Below, in pieces: positions 8,942 through 18,277 of a DNA stretch of 64,000 nt. The stretch lies in IMG/VR virus record IMGVR_UViG_3300045974_000283, positions 96,001 through 160,000 of that record; one strand, 5' to 3'. Below the pieces are notes generated by a model. It was not told the DNA's origin and did no database searches. It saw only the letters and a list, made by a program, of their open reading frames with translations. Position 1 is the first letter of the stretch; each line of letters opens with the position of its first letter. The stretch is from a virus. The position numbers and the translations under genes were made by a program.

Positions 8942-9485
8942 CAAACCTAAAGACGAAATCCAGCCGATGGACGCCACGAATTGGGCACCGCTCACCGCGA
9001 TCCGTCCTGAATACGGGCCGGTCGGCCGCATCAACTTTGGACCACTGGACAAAGGCCCACGCTATCCGGAGCAGATGTCCAAGACCGTACAGGTCACAAC
9101 CGCTGGCGTCTGGCCCGGCACCATCGCCTCGGGAGAGATCGAGCGTCAGCAACGCGAAGCCGAGATGAAGGACCGCGCCAAAACCAGGATTGTCTGTGCG
9201 GCTATCCGGCTGCACGACGGCACCGTCCTTCTCGGTGCCCGTCACTACGACGGCCTGATGGTTGAGGCCTTTCGGTTATGGAACGTGGCGCAGTCTTCAG
9301 ACATTGAGTTCCGCAAGGATTACGCCCGGTCCCTGCGCGCTCTCTTGGCCGAAGAAGGCTTCGTCGATCAGCGCGGTGCCTTCTACGATCGCAAGGCTGC
9401 TCTGGAGATCGCCCAAGCCGCTGGTCAACTCCGCTGGCCTAAGCCGCACCCGGAAGACGGGCTCAACTCAACCGACCTCTACTAG
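8934..9485 (+). CDS. conserved-type phage hypothetical protein
   Basis: RIVCAAIR...GARH...EGFVDQRGAFYDRKAALEIAQAAGQL resembles a recurrent small phage protein family (from memory). Confidence 0.8.
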   Translation: MTDKPKDEIQPMDATNWAPLTAIRPEYGPVGRINFGPLDKGPRYPEQMSKTVQVTTAGVWPGTIASGEIERQQREAEMKDRAKTRIVCAAIRLHDGTVLLGARHYDGLMVEAFRLWNVAQSSDIEFRKDYARSLRALLAEEGFVDQRGAFYDRKAALEIAQAAGQLRWPKPHPEDGLNSTDLY

Positions 9486-9493
9486 GACCCACC

Positions 9494-9880
9494 ATGACCA
9501 AGATTACCGGACATCCTAACGACCTCATCATGCAACACTGCATGAACTGGATGGGCGCTCCCCGGCCTGAGTTCGTCTCGACGTCGCTGTTCGCTGTCAT
9601 TCGCCAAGACCTGATGAAACAGGCTGAGCTCCGCGAACGCGATCTCGCCAAAGCCGCAAAGGACTACATGCAGAACCTGCCGCCTCCACACAAACCTTTG
9701 GACGCCGCGCTCAACGTCGCTCGCTATGTAGCGGCTCAGCGTTCACGCTCTGAGAGCTCGCAAATCCACGTTTTTGGCGTCCGCGAGTGGAACGGCGAGG
9801 CCCGTGACCTGGAGCATGCTGCCGAACAGGCCAACGAAGAGGTTGAGGCTGCGAACGCTGCCGCCGACCCGGCGTGTTAA
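9494..9880 (+). CDS. hypothetical protein
   Basis: RBS AGGA; 128-aa ORF. Confidence 0.75.
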   Translation: MTKITGHPNDLIMQHCMNWMGAPRPEFVSTSLFAVIRQDLMKQAELRERDLAKAAKDYMQNLPPPHKPLDAALNVARYVAAQRSRSESSQIHVFGVREWNGEARDLEHAAEQANEEVEAANAAADPAC

Positions 9881-9963
9881 TGGCACCGTATCAACAACCC
9901 GAAACGGACCCTGTCTAGCCACCAACTTCAACACTTTTATTTCGCAAATTTCTCCAAAAAGAC

Positions 9964-9992
9964 TTGCACGCCCATGGATTTAGGCGTAAAAT
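9964..9992 (+). promoter_or_regulatory. strong sigma70-type promoter TTGCAC-N17-TAAAAT with AT-rich UP-like element
   Basis: -35 at 9964-69, exactly 17-bp spacer, -10 at 9987-92; upstream tract acttttatttcgcaaatttctccaaaaa. Confidence 0.8.
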
Positions 9993-10095
9993 GAACTCAT
10001 GGGGCAACCACAATCCCACCCCAAACCGCCAAACAAAGTCGCCGGGCTTTGCAAGGCACACCATCCCACCCGGCATCATCCCTCTGGAGTTTACC

Positions 10096-10569
10096 ATGTC
10101 GAAATCCCTCAACATCGCCCTTCGTGCTGTTTCCGCTGCTGCCGCAGCTCTGGTCAAGGCTGAAGCCGCCCTGAACGCCGCTCTCGGCACCGAAGTCGCA
10201 GCTCCTGCTGCCGCCAAGGTTGCCAAGGTTGCCAAGGCTCCGGTCGCCGAGGTCGTGGCCGAAAAGGCTCCGAGCAAGGCCGCTCTGCGTCGCGCTGCCA
10301 AGGCTGCTGAAGCCGAAGCTGAAGCCGCCGCTGCCGCCAAGGCTGAGCGCGTCGCCGCTCGCAAGACGGCCAAGGCCACCGCCGAGACCATCGAAGCCAA
10401 GCCTGCCAAGGCAGCGAAGGTCGCCAAGGCTCCGGTCGCCGAGGTCGCCGCTCCGGCTGCCAAGGTGGCGAAGGCTCCGAAGGTCGCGAAGGTCGAGGCT
10501 GCTCCCGCTGCCAAAACCGCCAAGACCGCCAAGTCGCCCGCCAAGGCGCAAGCCTTCCCTGGCTTCTGA
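10096..10569 (+). CDS. histone H1-like Ala/Lys/Pro-rich protein (157 aa)
   Basis: RBS GGAG; AKVAKAP/AAK repeats; strong codon bias (GCC/AAG); has its own promoter and terminators. Confidence 0.85.
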   Translation: MSKSLNIALRAVSAAAAALVKAEAALNAALGTEVAAPAAAKVAKVAKAPVAEVVAEKAPSKAALRRAAKAAEAEAEAAAAAKAERVAARKTAKATAETIEAKPAKAAKVAKAPVAEVAAPAAKVAKAPKVAKVEAAPAAKTAKTAKSPAKAQAFPGF

Positions 10570-10571
10570 TC

Positions 10572-10589
10572 AACGGGCTTCGGCCCGTT
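10572..10589 (+). terminator. AACGGGC-TTCG-GCCCGTT hairpin
   Basis: Perfect 7-bp stem immediately after the stop codon. Confidence 0.65.
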
Positions 10590-10599
10590 TCCCACCCGC

Positions 10600-10639
10600 A
10601 CCCCGCGACGTCGAAAGGCGTCAGCGGGGTTTTTCGTTT
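10600..10639 (+). terminator. Rho-independent terminator
   Basis: ACCCCGC-GACGTC-GAAA-GGCGTC-A-GCGGGGT followed by TTTTCGTTT. Confidence 0.8.
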
Positions 10640-10656
10640 GTTCTGCGGAGAATTTC

Positions 10657-11541
10657 ATGCAATACGAAGCCTATGACGCCCAAGCTCGCGTTCAAGTCGC
10701 TCGGATCGTCACGCTCATTGTGGACGCGCAAAAGCCAGAATCCGCAGACCAGCTCGACGAAGCGGTCAAGAATCTGATGAGCACCGATGAGGGCTCGCTG
10801 CTCGGCGAGACGCCTTCGCTGCGTCGCAAGTTCATCGAACTTTGCAACAAAGCCAAAACCCTTTTCCGTGTCGCTGCTGGCAAAGAAGGCGACATCTCGC
10901 GCATGAAGGTGCAAGGCCGCATCATGCCGCTCCTCTCGGAGATTCTGCTTGAAGCAGACCACCTGCTGGAAAGCGAAGTCAACGAGGAATCGTCGGACGA
11001 CGAAGTCCACTTGCTGACGCAATGGCGTCAGTTCTCACGGAATCTGAGTTCGCAGCTCGTTGCGAAGGGCATCGCCTACGGCACCGCCCCACTCATCTGC
11101 CGATTCCCGTTCGATCGGTCAAAGCTCAAGCGCAAGAGCATACCCAACGAGTCGTTCTGCGGTTATACCGTGCTCACGAAGCAGAACGTGCTCGGCATCG
11201 GCCTGGCCTACATTCAGGCTGCAATCGACCGCGAGTGCGAGCTGAGCGGCGAGTCGAAGAAAGCCGCCACGGACAAAGACCGCGAGTCCATCATCAAGGA
11301 CATTCTCGACACCTTCATGCTGCGTCACCACGGCATGATTGTGCTCGGGGAGACCGGTCGTTCCTGGAAGGGTGGTCGCTGGTTCTGGCTGGTCGATTCC
11401 AAGGAACTTGCCATGCTGCGTCAATGCTCATACGGCAGTCCTTCGTCTTCAGGGCTCGGCTCCTGGGGATTTGCCTTCGAGGGCAAGGACGAGCTGAAGC
11501 GAGTGGCCCCTGCCTCGTCCCCGTCATCCACCTCGTTCTGA
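10657..11541 (+). CDS. hypothetical protein
   Basis: RBS GGAG; 294-aa ORF. Confidence 0.8.
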   Translation: MQYEAYDAQARVQVARIVTLIVDAQKPESADQLDEAVKNLMSTDEGSLLGETPSLRRKFIELCNKAKTLFRVAAGKEGDISRMKVQGRIMPLLSEILLEADHLLESEVNEESSDDEVHLLTQWRQFSRNLSSQLVAKGIAYGTAPLICRFPFDRSKLKRKSIPNESFCGYTVLTKQNVLGIGLAYIQAAIDRECELSGESKKAATDKDRESIIKDILDTFMLRHHGMIVLGETGRSWKGGRWFWLVDSKELAMLRQCSYGSPSSSGLGSWGFAFEGKDELKRVAPASSPSSTSF

Positions 11542-11551
11542 GGAGCGCACC

Positions 11552-12007
11552 ATGAGCAACACCTTCAAGCTCGGTCGCATGACCGCGAAATGCGCTGAGG
11601 ATCTGTACGAGCTCACTCGCACTGCTCCGATTGAGTGCTACAAGGCACCATTCGCATTCTTGGAAGACCCCACGGCGCCAGGACCGCAGACTTCGGGGGC
11701 GCCTGCCATCGAGTCCTATCAGGTTGTCACAGGTCGAGCAGTGTTCCATGAGGACGCGCATCGCACGGAGTTCTGCATCATCTGCGAGCCCGTCATCCCC
11801 ACCGTCGATCCGTTCAAGCCGTACTTCATACTCGTTGTGGACCCGGCACGGTCATCGCGGGCGATGAAGTATCTGGTGGGGATTGTCAACGTGCTCGTGG
11901 CGCGCAAAACCGTGTTCCAGTTTGAGCCCGTCTACGCGGATGTCATTTCGAACTACGCCACGCTCTACAACCCCCTTGTCCAAGAGCCCTCGTCCGGAGG
12001 GTTCTAA
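11552..12007 (+). CDS. hypothetical protein
   Basis: RBS GAGGAG; TAATG overlap with the next gene. Confidence 0.8.
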   Translation: MSNTFKLGRMTAKCAEDLYELTRTAPIECYKAPFAFLEDPTAPGPQTSGAPAIESYQVVTGRAVFHEDAHRTEFCIICEPVIPTVDPFKPYFILVVDPARSSRAMKYLVGIVNVLVARKTVFQFEPVYADVISNYATLYNPLVQEPSSGGF

Positions 12008-12546
12008 TGGTCGTTCACACCGGTGACTTGCCACCACCTATCCCAGCAGACGTCAGGCTTGTCCTGCCGTTCTGCTGGATCTGCAAGAGACTCTTCACTG
12101 ACCCTGAGTCAATCAACAGAATCCCCAACCCTGTCGTAAAGCACACGCACCATGTCATCCCGCAAGCCGCTGGTGGAGAAGACGGTCCAACCGTCACTCT
12201 CTGCACCCACCATCACGACGTCCTCCATCGCATCGGAGAAGCCTGGACTTCATCAGTTCAAAAGACTGTCCAGTCAGGGCATACTCTGCTACACGCGCTC
12301 CCTTTACAAGAACGCCCCCGTGTGCTATACTTGGCGCAGGTCGTTGCGAGCGCGCTCGGAGCCGTTGCCAAAGACCCGAACCGTCGGTTCCCTGTTGGCA
12401 CGGAACTCACGCGAGAAGAGTCGCAGCGACTTAATCAGCTGAAGTCCTTCTACGGCGTTTCTTCCAGATCGGAAGCGCTTCGTCTCGCTCTGCGAGATGC
12501 TTACTCAACACGTTTTCCCTTGCTACCCACCGTCACTAGGAGATAG
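12007..12546 (+). CDS. HNH nuclease-like protein with C-terminal ribbon-helix-helix-like DNA-binding segment
   Basis: CWIC...HTHHVIPQAAGG...TVTLCTHHHDVLH; C-terminus FPVGTELTREESQRLNQLKSFYGVSSRSEALRLALRDAY. Confidence 0.75.
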   Translation: MVVHTGDLPPPIPADVRLVLPFCWICKRLFTDPESINRIPNPVVKHTHHVIPQAAGGEDGPTVTLCTHHHDVLHRIGEAWTSSVQKTVQSGHTLLHALPLQERPRVLYLAQVVASALGAVAKDPNRRFPVGTELTREESQRLNQLKSFYGVSSRSEALRLALRDAYSTRFPLLPTVTRR

Positions 12547-12549
12547 ATC

Positions 12550-13293
12550 ATGGCATCATCAGCACCACGCGGCGTCCAGCGCAACGACAGCGAACGCGCC
12601 CTCAAGCAATCGGTCATCCGCATTCAGTGCGGAGACTGCTCGCACTTTCGAGGCTGCGCTCACCCGTCCATGGGAGCCCCGTGCAACACCCTCGGGATTT
12701 CCGAGTCCAGTCCCGCCCCTGATTGCTACGCTCCAAACATCGCGGTGTTCCGTTCGTTCCCGCCTGATGCAATCCGTACCCTCGCGGCGATGACAGCCGC
12801 CATGAGTCCGTCGCAGACACGGGTCTTCATGGGCCTGCTCCGCAACTCCGCTTCAGCTGAGAAGCGCGGGTTCAAACTCCTGCAGACAGTCTACTTCACC
12901 ACCGGGCAAAAGGAAACGCTGTCAGACTTCTACAAGGGATGGGTCTTCGGCGTGTCAGGTGATGGGATGGTGACGCTGGTCGGTCAGCAATACCTCGACT
13001 CCGGCCGCTCGGCCCTGACCGCCGTGCTGCACAAGTCGTCGATCTTCACCAAGAAACAGTTCTCGGCGATGGTGGCTGAACGCATCCGTCGCGGCCTCAT
13101 CGAGAACCCGATGCCTGACCTGTCGCCCAAGGAAGCTGCTATCGCATACGAACCGCCTACGCTTGACACCGCGCAGGAGTTCTTGGAGAGCAAGGCTGAC
13201 GAGACGATCAAAGGCAAGGTCAAGGCCAAGCGGAAACTTCCCGAAGACGGAACCCTCTTCTCCATCAGCCAAAAAGCCTACGAGGAAAACTGA
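12550..13293 (+). CDS. hypothetical protein with N-terminal Cys cluster
   Basis: CGDCSHFRGC...PC...DC; 247 aa; coupled to the next gene. Confidence 0.8.
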   Translation: MASSAPRGVQRNDSERALKQSVIRIQCGDCSHFRGCAHPSMGAPCNTLGISESSPAPDCYAPNIAVFRSFPPDAIRTLAAMTAAMSPSQTRVFMGLLRNSASAEKRGFKLLQTVYFTTGQKETLSDFYKGWVFGVSGDGMVTLVGQQYLDSGRSALTAVLHKSSIFTKKQFSAMVAERIRRGLIENPMPDLSPKEAAIAYEPPTLDTAQEFLESKADETIKGKVKAKRKLPEDGTLFSISQKAYEEN

Positions 13294-14339
13294 TGTCCCA
13301 TCCTTTCCGGTTTCTGCATCGTCTGCCTGTGTGGACGCTTTCATCACCCACCGAGAAAAGGAACCTGTCGGTGTCGTACGCTCAGTACGCGCTGACCGCG
13401 ATATCCAGTCAAGACTGCCACGCCAAGATCAACGAAGTCTGTGTCGCCCACGGGCAGAAGCTTGTTGGTCTGGCGTCCCTCCACAAGTCCGTCCGATACA
13501 ATGGCGACCTCCTCAAGGATTTCAAGTCCGCAGTTTTTGCGCTCTGGTCTGTCTACCAAGGCACGACCGTACCGTTCGAGCTGCCGAAAGCGACGCAAGC
13601 CTACGTCAAGCTGACTGTTGCCGACCCGGCCACCGACCAGTTCTTGCGTGACTGTTGGGACTACGGATGCAGGCCGCTGACGCCCGCTGGCATGGATGAG
13701 CGGATGCTCTCAGCGCTGGAATCTGCGGACTTCAACACCTACCTGCGGAAGTTCATCTACCGCAAGATGCGGTTCATCCTGGACAGCTATGCGGTGACCG
13801 ATGAGCAGATCATTTCCGACCTGAAGAGTAGCGCGATCTTCAACATGCTCCGGGTCTATCCGCACTGGCGAAACCCAGGACACATGATCGCGATATCAAA
13901 GGTGGCGGCGCGCAATCGGGGTCACAACTTCATCAAAGAGATGGCGACCACCTCACGCAACCGTCTGATCAAGAACACTGATGGCACCCACTCCGCTGCC
14001 TTGATGTCGCTGGCACCTGAGGTCGCCGCCTCGCTGACCGGCTCAGAGGTCCCGGCCGCTTCCATGGACGGGTCGATGACACCGCAAGCCGAGCTCGACC
14101 TGCGTCGCAGCCTTTTGCAAGCTGTCGACGGCCTAGAAGGCTGGCAGAAAGCCTTCATCGAGGTATCCATCGGAATTCCCAACAAGGCGTTCTCTGAGTA
14201 CCTCGGCGGGGAAAACGACGAACTCGTCCACTCGCTGAACTTCGGTGAGTACACGGCTCACGCGGCCAACTTCTTCGGTATCACTCAGCGTCAGGTGTCA
14301 TCGCTGTATTCCGAGCTTCGCCAAAACGCTCTCTCCTAG
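13293..14339 (+). CDS. putative sigma-factor-like transcription protein (region 2 and region 4-like)
   Basis: DLKSSAIFNML...ISKVAARNRGHNFIK (region-2-like); LLQAVDGLEGWQKAFIEVSIG...TAHAANFFGITQRQVSSLYSELR (region-4 HTH-like). The CDS is solid; the function is inferred. Confidence 0.55.
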   Translation: MSHPFRFLHRLPVWTLSSPTEKRNLSVSYAQYALTAISSQDCHAKINEVCVAHGQKLVGLASLHKSVRYNGDLLKDFKSAVFALWSVYQGTTVPFELPKATQAYVKLTVADPATDQFLRDCWDYGCRPLTPAGMDERMLSALESADFNTYLRKFIYRKMRFILDSYAVTDEQIISDLKSSAIFNMLRVYPHWRNPGHMIAISKVAARNRGHNFIKEMATTSRNRLIKNTDGTHSAALMSLAPEVAASLTGSEVPAASMDGSMTPQAELDLRRSLLQAVDGLEGWQKAFIEVSIGIPNKAFSEYLGGENDELVHSLNFGEYTAHAANFFGITQRQVSSLYSELRQNALS

Positions 14340-14350
14340 AGGAACTCTGA

Positions 14351-14968
14351 ATGGTCCGCATACTCGGCCTTGACCCCGGCACGAACAACTTCGCTTACTC
14401 GGTTCTGTCGTCGGACGAAGAACTTGATGAGAATGGTCTACTCATCTACCGCATCGAGAAGAGGGGTCTGATCCTCTCCACGGTGCGTGACCTGCGTTCT
14501 GGGGCCATGCGGAAGCAGATGGCAACTTTCCACGAAGCCATCTCAGAGATACTCGCCGGTAACACCCTGGACTTGTGGATCGGCGAACGCTACATGATCC
14601 GTCGAGGTCAAGGGGGCTCTGCCATCGAAAGCATCAACCTGATGCTCGGTTCGCTGGTCGCTCTGCTGGATGTACCGTGCCGCGTGATGCCTGCATCCGA
14701 GTGGAAGAACACCGTCAACAAGATTGCTCCGCTTGAGGAAACCTACGAGGCCCTCAGTGCTGGAGGGGCTCAGTTGAAGACGGACCCGGATCGCATAACG
14801 GTTCACGAGGTAGACGCGGCCCATATCGCAGCGTTCGGCATCGGCAAGGCTCTGAGCGCCCCACCGAACTACTCAATCCTTCGTCAGCTTAACGGGTGCG
14901 CTCCCACACATCTAGGCCTGACCAACAGGATCGTCAAGAAAAAGAAAGTCAAAAGGAAACCAAAGTGA
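14351..14968 (+). CDS. ruvC: RuvC-like Holliday junction resolvase
   Basis: RILGLDPGTNNFAYSV, IGERY, PASEWK and HEVDA carry the RNase H-fold acidic residues. Confidence 0.85.
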   Translation: MVRILGLDPGTNNFAYSVLSSDEELDENGLLIYRIEKRGLILSTVRDLRSGAMRKQMATFHEAISEILAGNTLDLWIGERYMIRRGQGGSAIESINLMLGSLVALLDVPCRVMPASEWKNTVNKIAPLEETYEALSAGGAQLKTDPDRITVHEVDAAHIAAFGIGKALSAPPNYSILRQLNGCAPTHLGLTNRIVKKKKVKRKPK

Positions 14969-15345
14969 CCACACCAGATTGTCCTCTCATCAACGGCAAA
15001 ACCGTATCCGCCTGTCCGCTCGATCGCTGTATGCACAATGTCGACGGGAACTGCAAAGCCCGGATCGAGACAGATTCGCCAGAGGCTGTCGCTGTCCTGT
15101 ACGGGGTCTCTTCGCAGGAAGTTCTCTCCCGTGCTGACATGGTCTGTCGTGCGCTCGCTGCGGATACGTGGTTTGAACATGCCACGGGGCGAGGATTGAC
15201 GGATGGCACCGAGCGTCACTTTGCTGAAGCCACCAATCTGGAAAGAACTGAGGAGTTCAACGCCTGGAATACGTCTTCCTACACCTTCCCACAGATCATC
15301 TCGGTCATCGAATACATGCGTTCACAGGTAGGAACGCCCTGTTAA
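14965..15345 (+). CDS. hypothetical protein
   Basis: GTGA-type overlap with the RuvC stop region; Cys-rich N-terminus. Confidence 0.7.
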   Translation: MTTPDCPLINGKTVSACPLDRCMHNVDGNCKARIETDSPEAVAVLYGVSSQEVLSRADMVCRALAADTWFEHATGRGLTDGTERHFAEATNLERTEEFNAWNTSSYTFPQIISVIEYMRSQVGTPC

Positions 15346-15387
15346 TATTCACGCCAACCACCTTTCACCATCAGCTCAAGGAATACT

Positions 15388-16134
15388 ATGTCCAAACCTT
15401 CCATCCGTTCGTTGTCGCTCGCTGAGCTGACTGCCGTGCGAACTGGCCCGATTTTCGTGATGAACACAGCGAGCTCGGTGGCCCCTCCCGGTGGCGACGT
15501 TCACATCAACGTCCCGCGCTCGGACGGCCAGTCGGCTCCTCCGGTCTCCATCCCGGAAACGTGGCTCCCCGTTGACCTGTGCGCCTCAGCTCCACGCGCC
15601 GCCATCCTTCGCTCGACTTCTTTCATGGGAGCCCTGAACAAGGGAACCATCATGGCGATCAGCGCCGAAGACGCTCAGCAACTGCTGAACTTGCCGAGCG
15701 CTGGCGTCGAGAAGGCCCGCCTCCGCCAGATCAGCGAAGCGCAGCGCGCCGCTCTTGCTGCTCAACGCGTCGGCCGCCAAGGCACAAGCCTCACCATCGG
15801 TGACACCACGACGTCCTCTGCCGACATGGCCGAAGACTCGAACCGCCACTCCAGCAACGACGGTGCGGCCTTCCTCGCGGGGAAGAGTCAACCCAAGAAC
15901 GCTCAGCCTCTGGCACCGCTGATCCCCTCCTTTGAGGAGGACACCCTCACGCCGAACTTCAAGGCCAAGGTCAACAAGCTGGCGATCATGACCGAAGCCG
16001 AGGCGGGCAACGCCCTGCGCAACATGGGTGAGCTGGAGTTCGATCAGGTGCGCTACGTCCTCAAGATGGCGAACCCGAAGCACAAACGCATCATCGCGTG
16101 GGCCAAGACCACGCTCGAAGAACAGGACGAATGA
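15388..16134 (+). CDS. hypothetical protein
   Basis: RBS AAGGA; GTTAAT motif 42 bp upstream. Confidence 0.85.
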   Translation: MSKPSIRSLSLAELTAVRTGPIFVMNTASSVAPPGGDVHINVPRSDGQSAPPVSIPETWLPVDLCASAPRAAILRSTSFMGALNKGTIMAISAEDAQQLLNLPSAGVEKARLRQISEAQRAALAAQRVGRQGTSLTIGDTTTSSADMAEDSNRHSSNDGAAFLAGKSQPKNAQPLAPLIPSFEEDTLTPNFKAKVNKLAIMTEAEAGNALRNMGELEFDQVRYVLKMANPKHKRIIAWAKTTLEEQDE

Positions 16135-16152
16135 TGAACCGAGGAAACCTGG

Positions 16153-16344
16153 ATGCCGGAAGTCGTCGTTGACATCTATCGTGTGGGTCGTCGGTGGACT
16201 TGGCGCATCCGTGCTGGCACCGATGACAATTTGATCATACGAGCACAGTCGCCTCGTTCATTCAGGAACGAGCACTTGGCTTCGGAAGACTTCAACAACT
16301 TCCGAACAATTCTGGCCTCCTCCCAACCCCTGATCCTTTCCTGA
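16153..16344 (+). CDS. small protein, possibly YegP/DUF1508-like
   Basis: VDIYRVGRRWTWRIRAG...IIRAQSPRSF resembles the DUF1508 pattern (by eye); RBS GAGGA. Confidence 0.45.
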   Translation: MPEVVVDIYRVGRRWTWRIRAGTDDNLIIRAQSPRSFRNEHLASEDFNNFRTILASSQPLILS

Positions 16345-16355
16345 CCCTCCTCCCT

Positions 16356-16506
16356 CCGCGCTCGGTTTCCTCCCGGCTGTTTACGAGCGCGGCTTCCCGC
16401 CCCGGTGTTGATGATCGTGCAAGGTGTGATGCACCGGGGCGTCTTTTTATTCGTTAATTCCTCATCGCCCCGTAGTGTCGAAAGATGCTACGGGGCTTTG
16501 TCGTTT
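16356..16506 (+). other. structured intergenic region with three consecutive hairpins around a GTTAAT motif
   Basis: CCGCGCTCG/CGAGCGCGG (16356-92); GCCCCGGTG/CACCGGGGC plus T-tract (16399-16450); GCCCCGTAG..GAAA..CTACGGGGC (16467-96). Confidence 0.7.
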
Positions 16507-16566
16507 CTGGGATGTCGTTGCTTCCGATTGCCATTTTTAGGCATCGTTTTCATACGGAGTTATGCC

Positions 16567-16881
16567 ATGTCTTTGACCGTTCTCGCCACCGCCAAACCCG
16601 TCACCTCCGCTGCCAAAGCTCAGTACCCGAAACTCCTCGAATTCCTCATGGAAGCCTGCTCGCCGGAAGCCATGGACTACGAAGGTGGCGTCAAGAAGTT
16701 CGAGGACGAAGCAGCGGCGATGCTTGACCGTATGGCCCAACAGAATGAAGGCGACTTCATCTTTCTTGACAAGATGCTTTCTTCTATTCCCAAGCCTCAG
16801 TGGGACTTGGTGAGCCCGGAGTTCCTGGAAGATGCAGGCCTCGCGCTGCGGAAGGTTCTCAAGCAAGCCGAGAAGATCTGA
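16567..16881 (+). CDS. hypothetical protein (104 aa)
   Basis: ATG 16567 with RBS GGAG; the longer ORF-track start runs through the hairpins. Confidence 0.75.
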   Translation: MSLTVLATAKPVTSAAKAQYPKLLEFLMEACSPEAMDYEGGVKKFEDEAAAMLDRMAQQNEGDFIFLDKMLSSIPKPQWDLVSPEFLEDAGLALRKVLKQAEKI

Positions 16882-16895
16882 TCGAGTCCTAGAAC

Positions 16896-18260
16896 ATGCC
16901 AATCAACTCACGGACCCGAGCGCGCACCCTCCCGCCGAACTACGGGTCTGTGGATGTTGCCGCTACCACGCTTCAAGATGTTCTGCCGACGCAGCGCCTG
17001 AAGTATCACAACGCTTTTCAGGTCAACGGCTTCACGGGCATCATCTACTTTCGCCTTCGCAGCGGATTGCAGTGTCACTGCCGGAGCCGTCGATCCACGT
17101 TCGAGTCACGCCTCAACGAGGACGGCACCGCGAAGCCCGGTTTCATGAACGAGCTGCTCGTTGGCGGTGAGCGCTTCGGTGTTCTGCCCTACGGAGACCG
17201 CTACGCTGATGTTCAGCCGGACGCTACGCCTCTCGGCTCGGCGGTCAACGCCATCCGCCAAGGCGCTCGCGTTCCGGTAGGATCCAAGAACGAAGGCCTG
17301 CTCTTCAGCATCGAACAACCGGACCCAGGACTGCCGAGCATCTTCGCCAGCAACGAGCCTGTCCCGAAGCAGAAGAACCAGTCGGCGATGTTCTCCGGTA
17401 CGGACTCGTTCACATCAGATCCGTCGCGTGCTCAAGGCACCACGGTCGTCGACTCCGGGCTCAGCCCCTCGACAGGCCCTATGAACGACTCGGAGCTGGA
17501 AGACGTCACCACCCTGATCGACACCGGATACGGCGAGGGTTTCAACGATCTGTCCTGCCCTATCTGCATGGGCGTCGGTTTCGTCGGAGGCTACTCGGTG
17601 CTGAACGGCCACCGTCTTGTGCTCACACATTCGACACCCGGCTGCGATCTTACGGATGCTGACCTCGACACGCTGCCTACGGTAGCGCTCATCACGGGGA
17701 CTCGTTCCGTCTACACCGCCATCCTTCCCGCTCATGTTCTCAGCGTCGACGCCCTTCGTCTTTGGAACGGCGCTCAGGTCATTGCGCCGCTCGCGCTCAA
17801 GGTGGACGGGTTCACTCTCGTTCAGCCTTCCGACCTGAGGCGCTTCTGCGACGGCCGCGTTCACACGTTCGACATCACGTTCGCCGAGCCAACCACCTAC
17901 ACGCACCTTGAGATCCAGCTGAACAGCGCCCAAAACCAAAAGCTGTTCGACCTACCCAAGACCACTGAGAGCGCTTCTCTGCAAGATCGCCTGGACAAGA
18001 TGCAGGACTTCTCGGTCCTGTTCTCGCCGATGGTTCCTGTGTTGCACCCCGGCGACCTGCTCGCTGAGACGACATACAACCGCGTCTTGCAGATTCTCAA
18101 CGTGTCCGGCCAGAACACCGCTCAGCGCTCTGTGCTCGGGTGGACGGCTGAGACCCGTGTGGTGCAACCGCAAGAACTTCTTTCGCTCCTCCCGCGCCAC
18201 CGCAAGGAGCAACCCAATTCACCGGTTCCCGCGATTCCCCGCCTCAACCGTGATCTTTGA
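16896..18260 (+). CDS. putative virion structural protein (neck/head-closure-like)
   Basis: 454 aa with CHC...CPICMGVGFVGGY and a beta-rich C-terminus; lies in a putative structural block. Function inferred. Confidence 0.6.
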   Translation: MPINSRTRARTLPPNYGSVDVAATTLQDVLPTQRLKYHNAFQVNGFTGIIYFRLRSGLQCHCRSRRSTFESRLNEDGTAKPGFMNELLVGGERFGVLPYGDRYADVQPDATPLGSAVNAIRQGARVPVGSKNEGLLFSIEQPDPGLPSIFASNEPVPKQKNQSAMFSGTDSFTSDPSRAQGTTVVDSGLSPSTGPMNDSELEDVTTLIDTGYGEGFNDLSCPICMGVGFVGGYSVLNGHRLVLTHSTPGCDLTDADLDTLPTVALITGTRSVYTAILPAHVLSVDALRLWNGAQVIAPLALKVDGFTLVQPSDLRRFCDGRVHTFDITFAEPTTYTHLEIQLNSAQNQKLFDLPKTTESASLQDRLDKMQDFSVLFSPMVPVLHPGDLLAETTYNRVLQILNVSGQNTAQRSVLGWTAETRVVQPQELLSLLPRHRKEQPNSPVPAIPRLNRDL

Positions 18261-18277
18261 CTTCTCAAGAGACAACC

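Noticed and set aside
9964-10095. Extended N-terminus of the histone-like gene
   Set aside because: The ORF-track start coincides with the -35 box; the region is promoter and leader.
16405-16566. Extended N-terminus of the 16567 gene from the ORF track (MLMIVQG...)
   Set aside because: It runs through hairpins, a T-tract and a promoter motif; ATG 16567 has a proper RBS.
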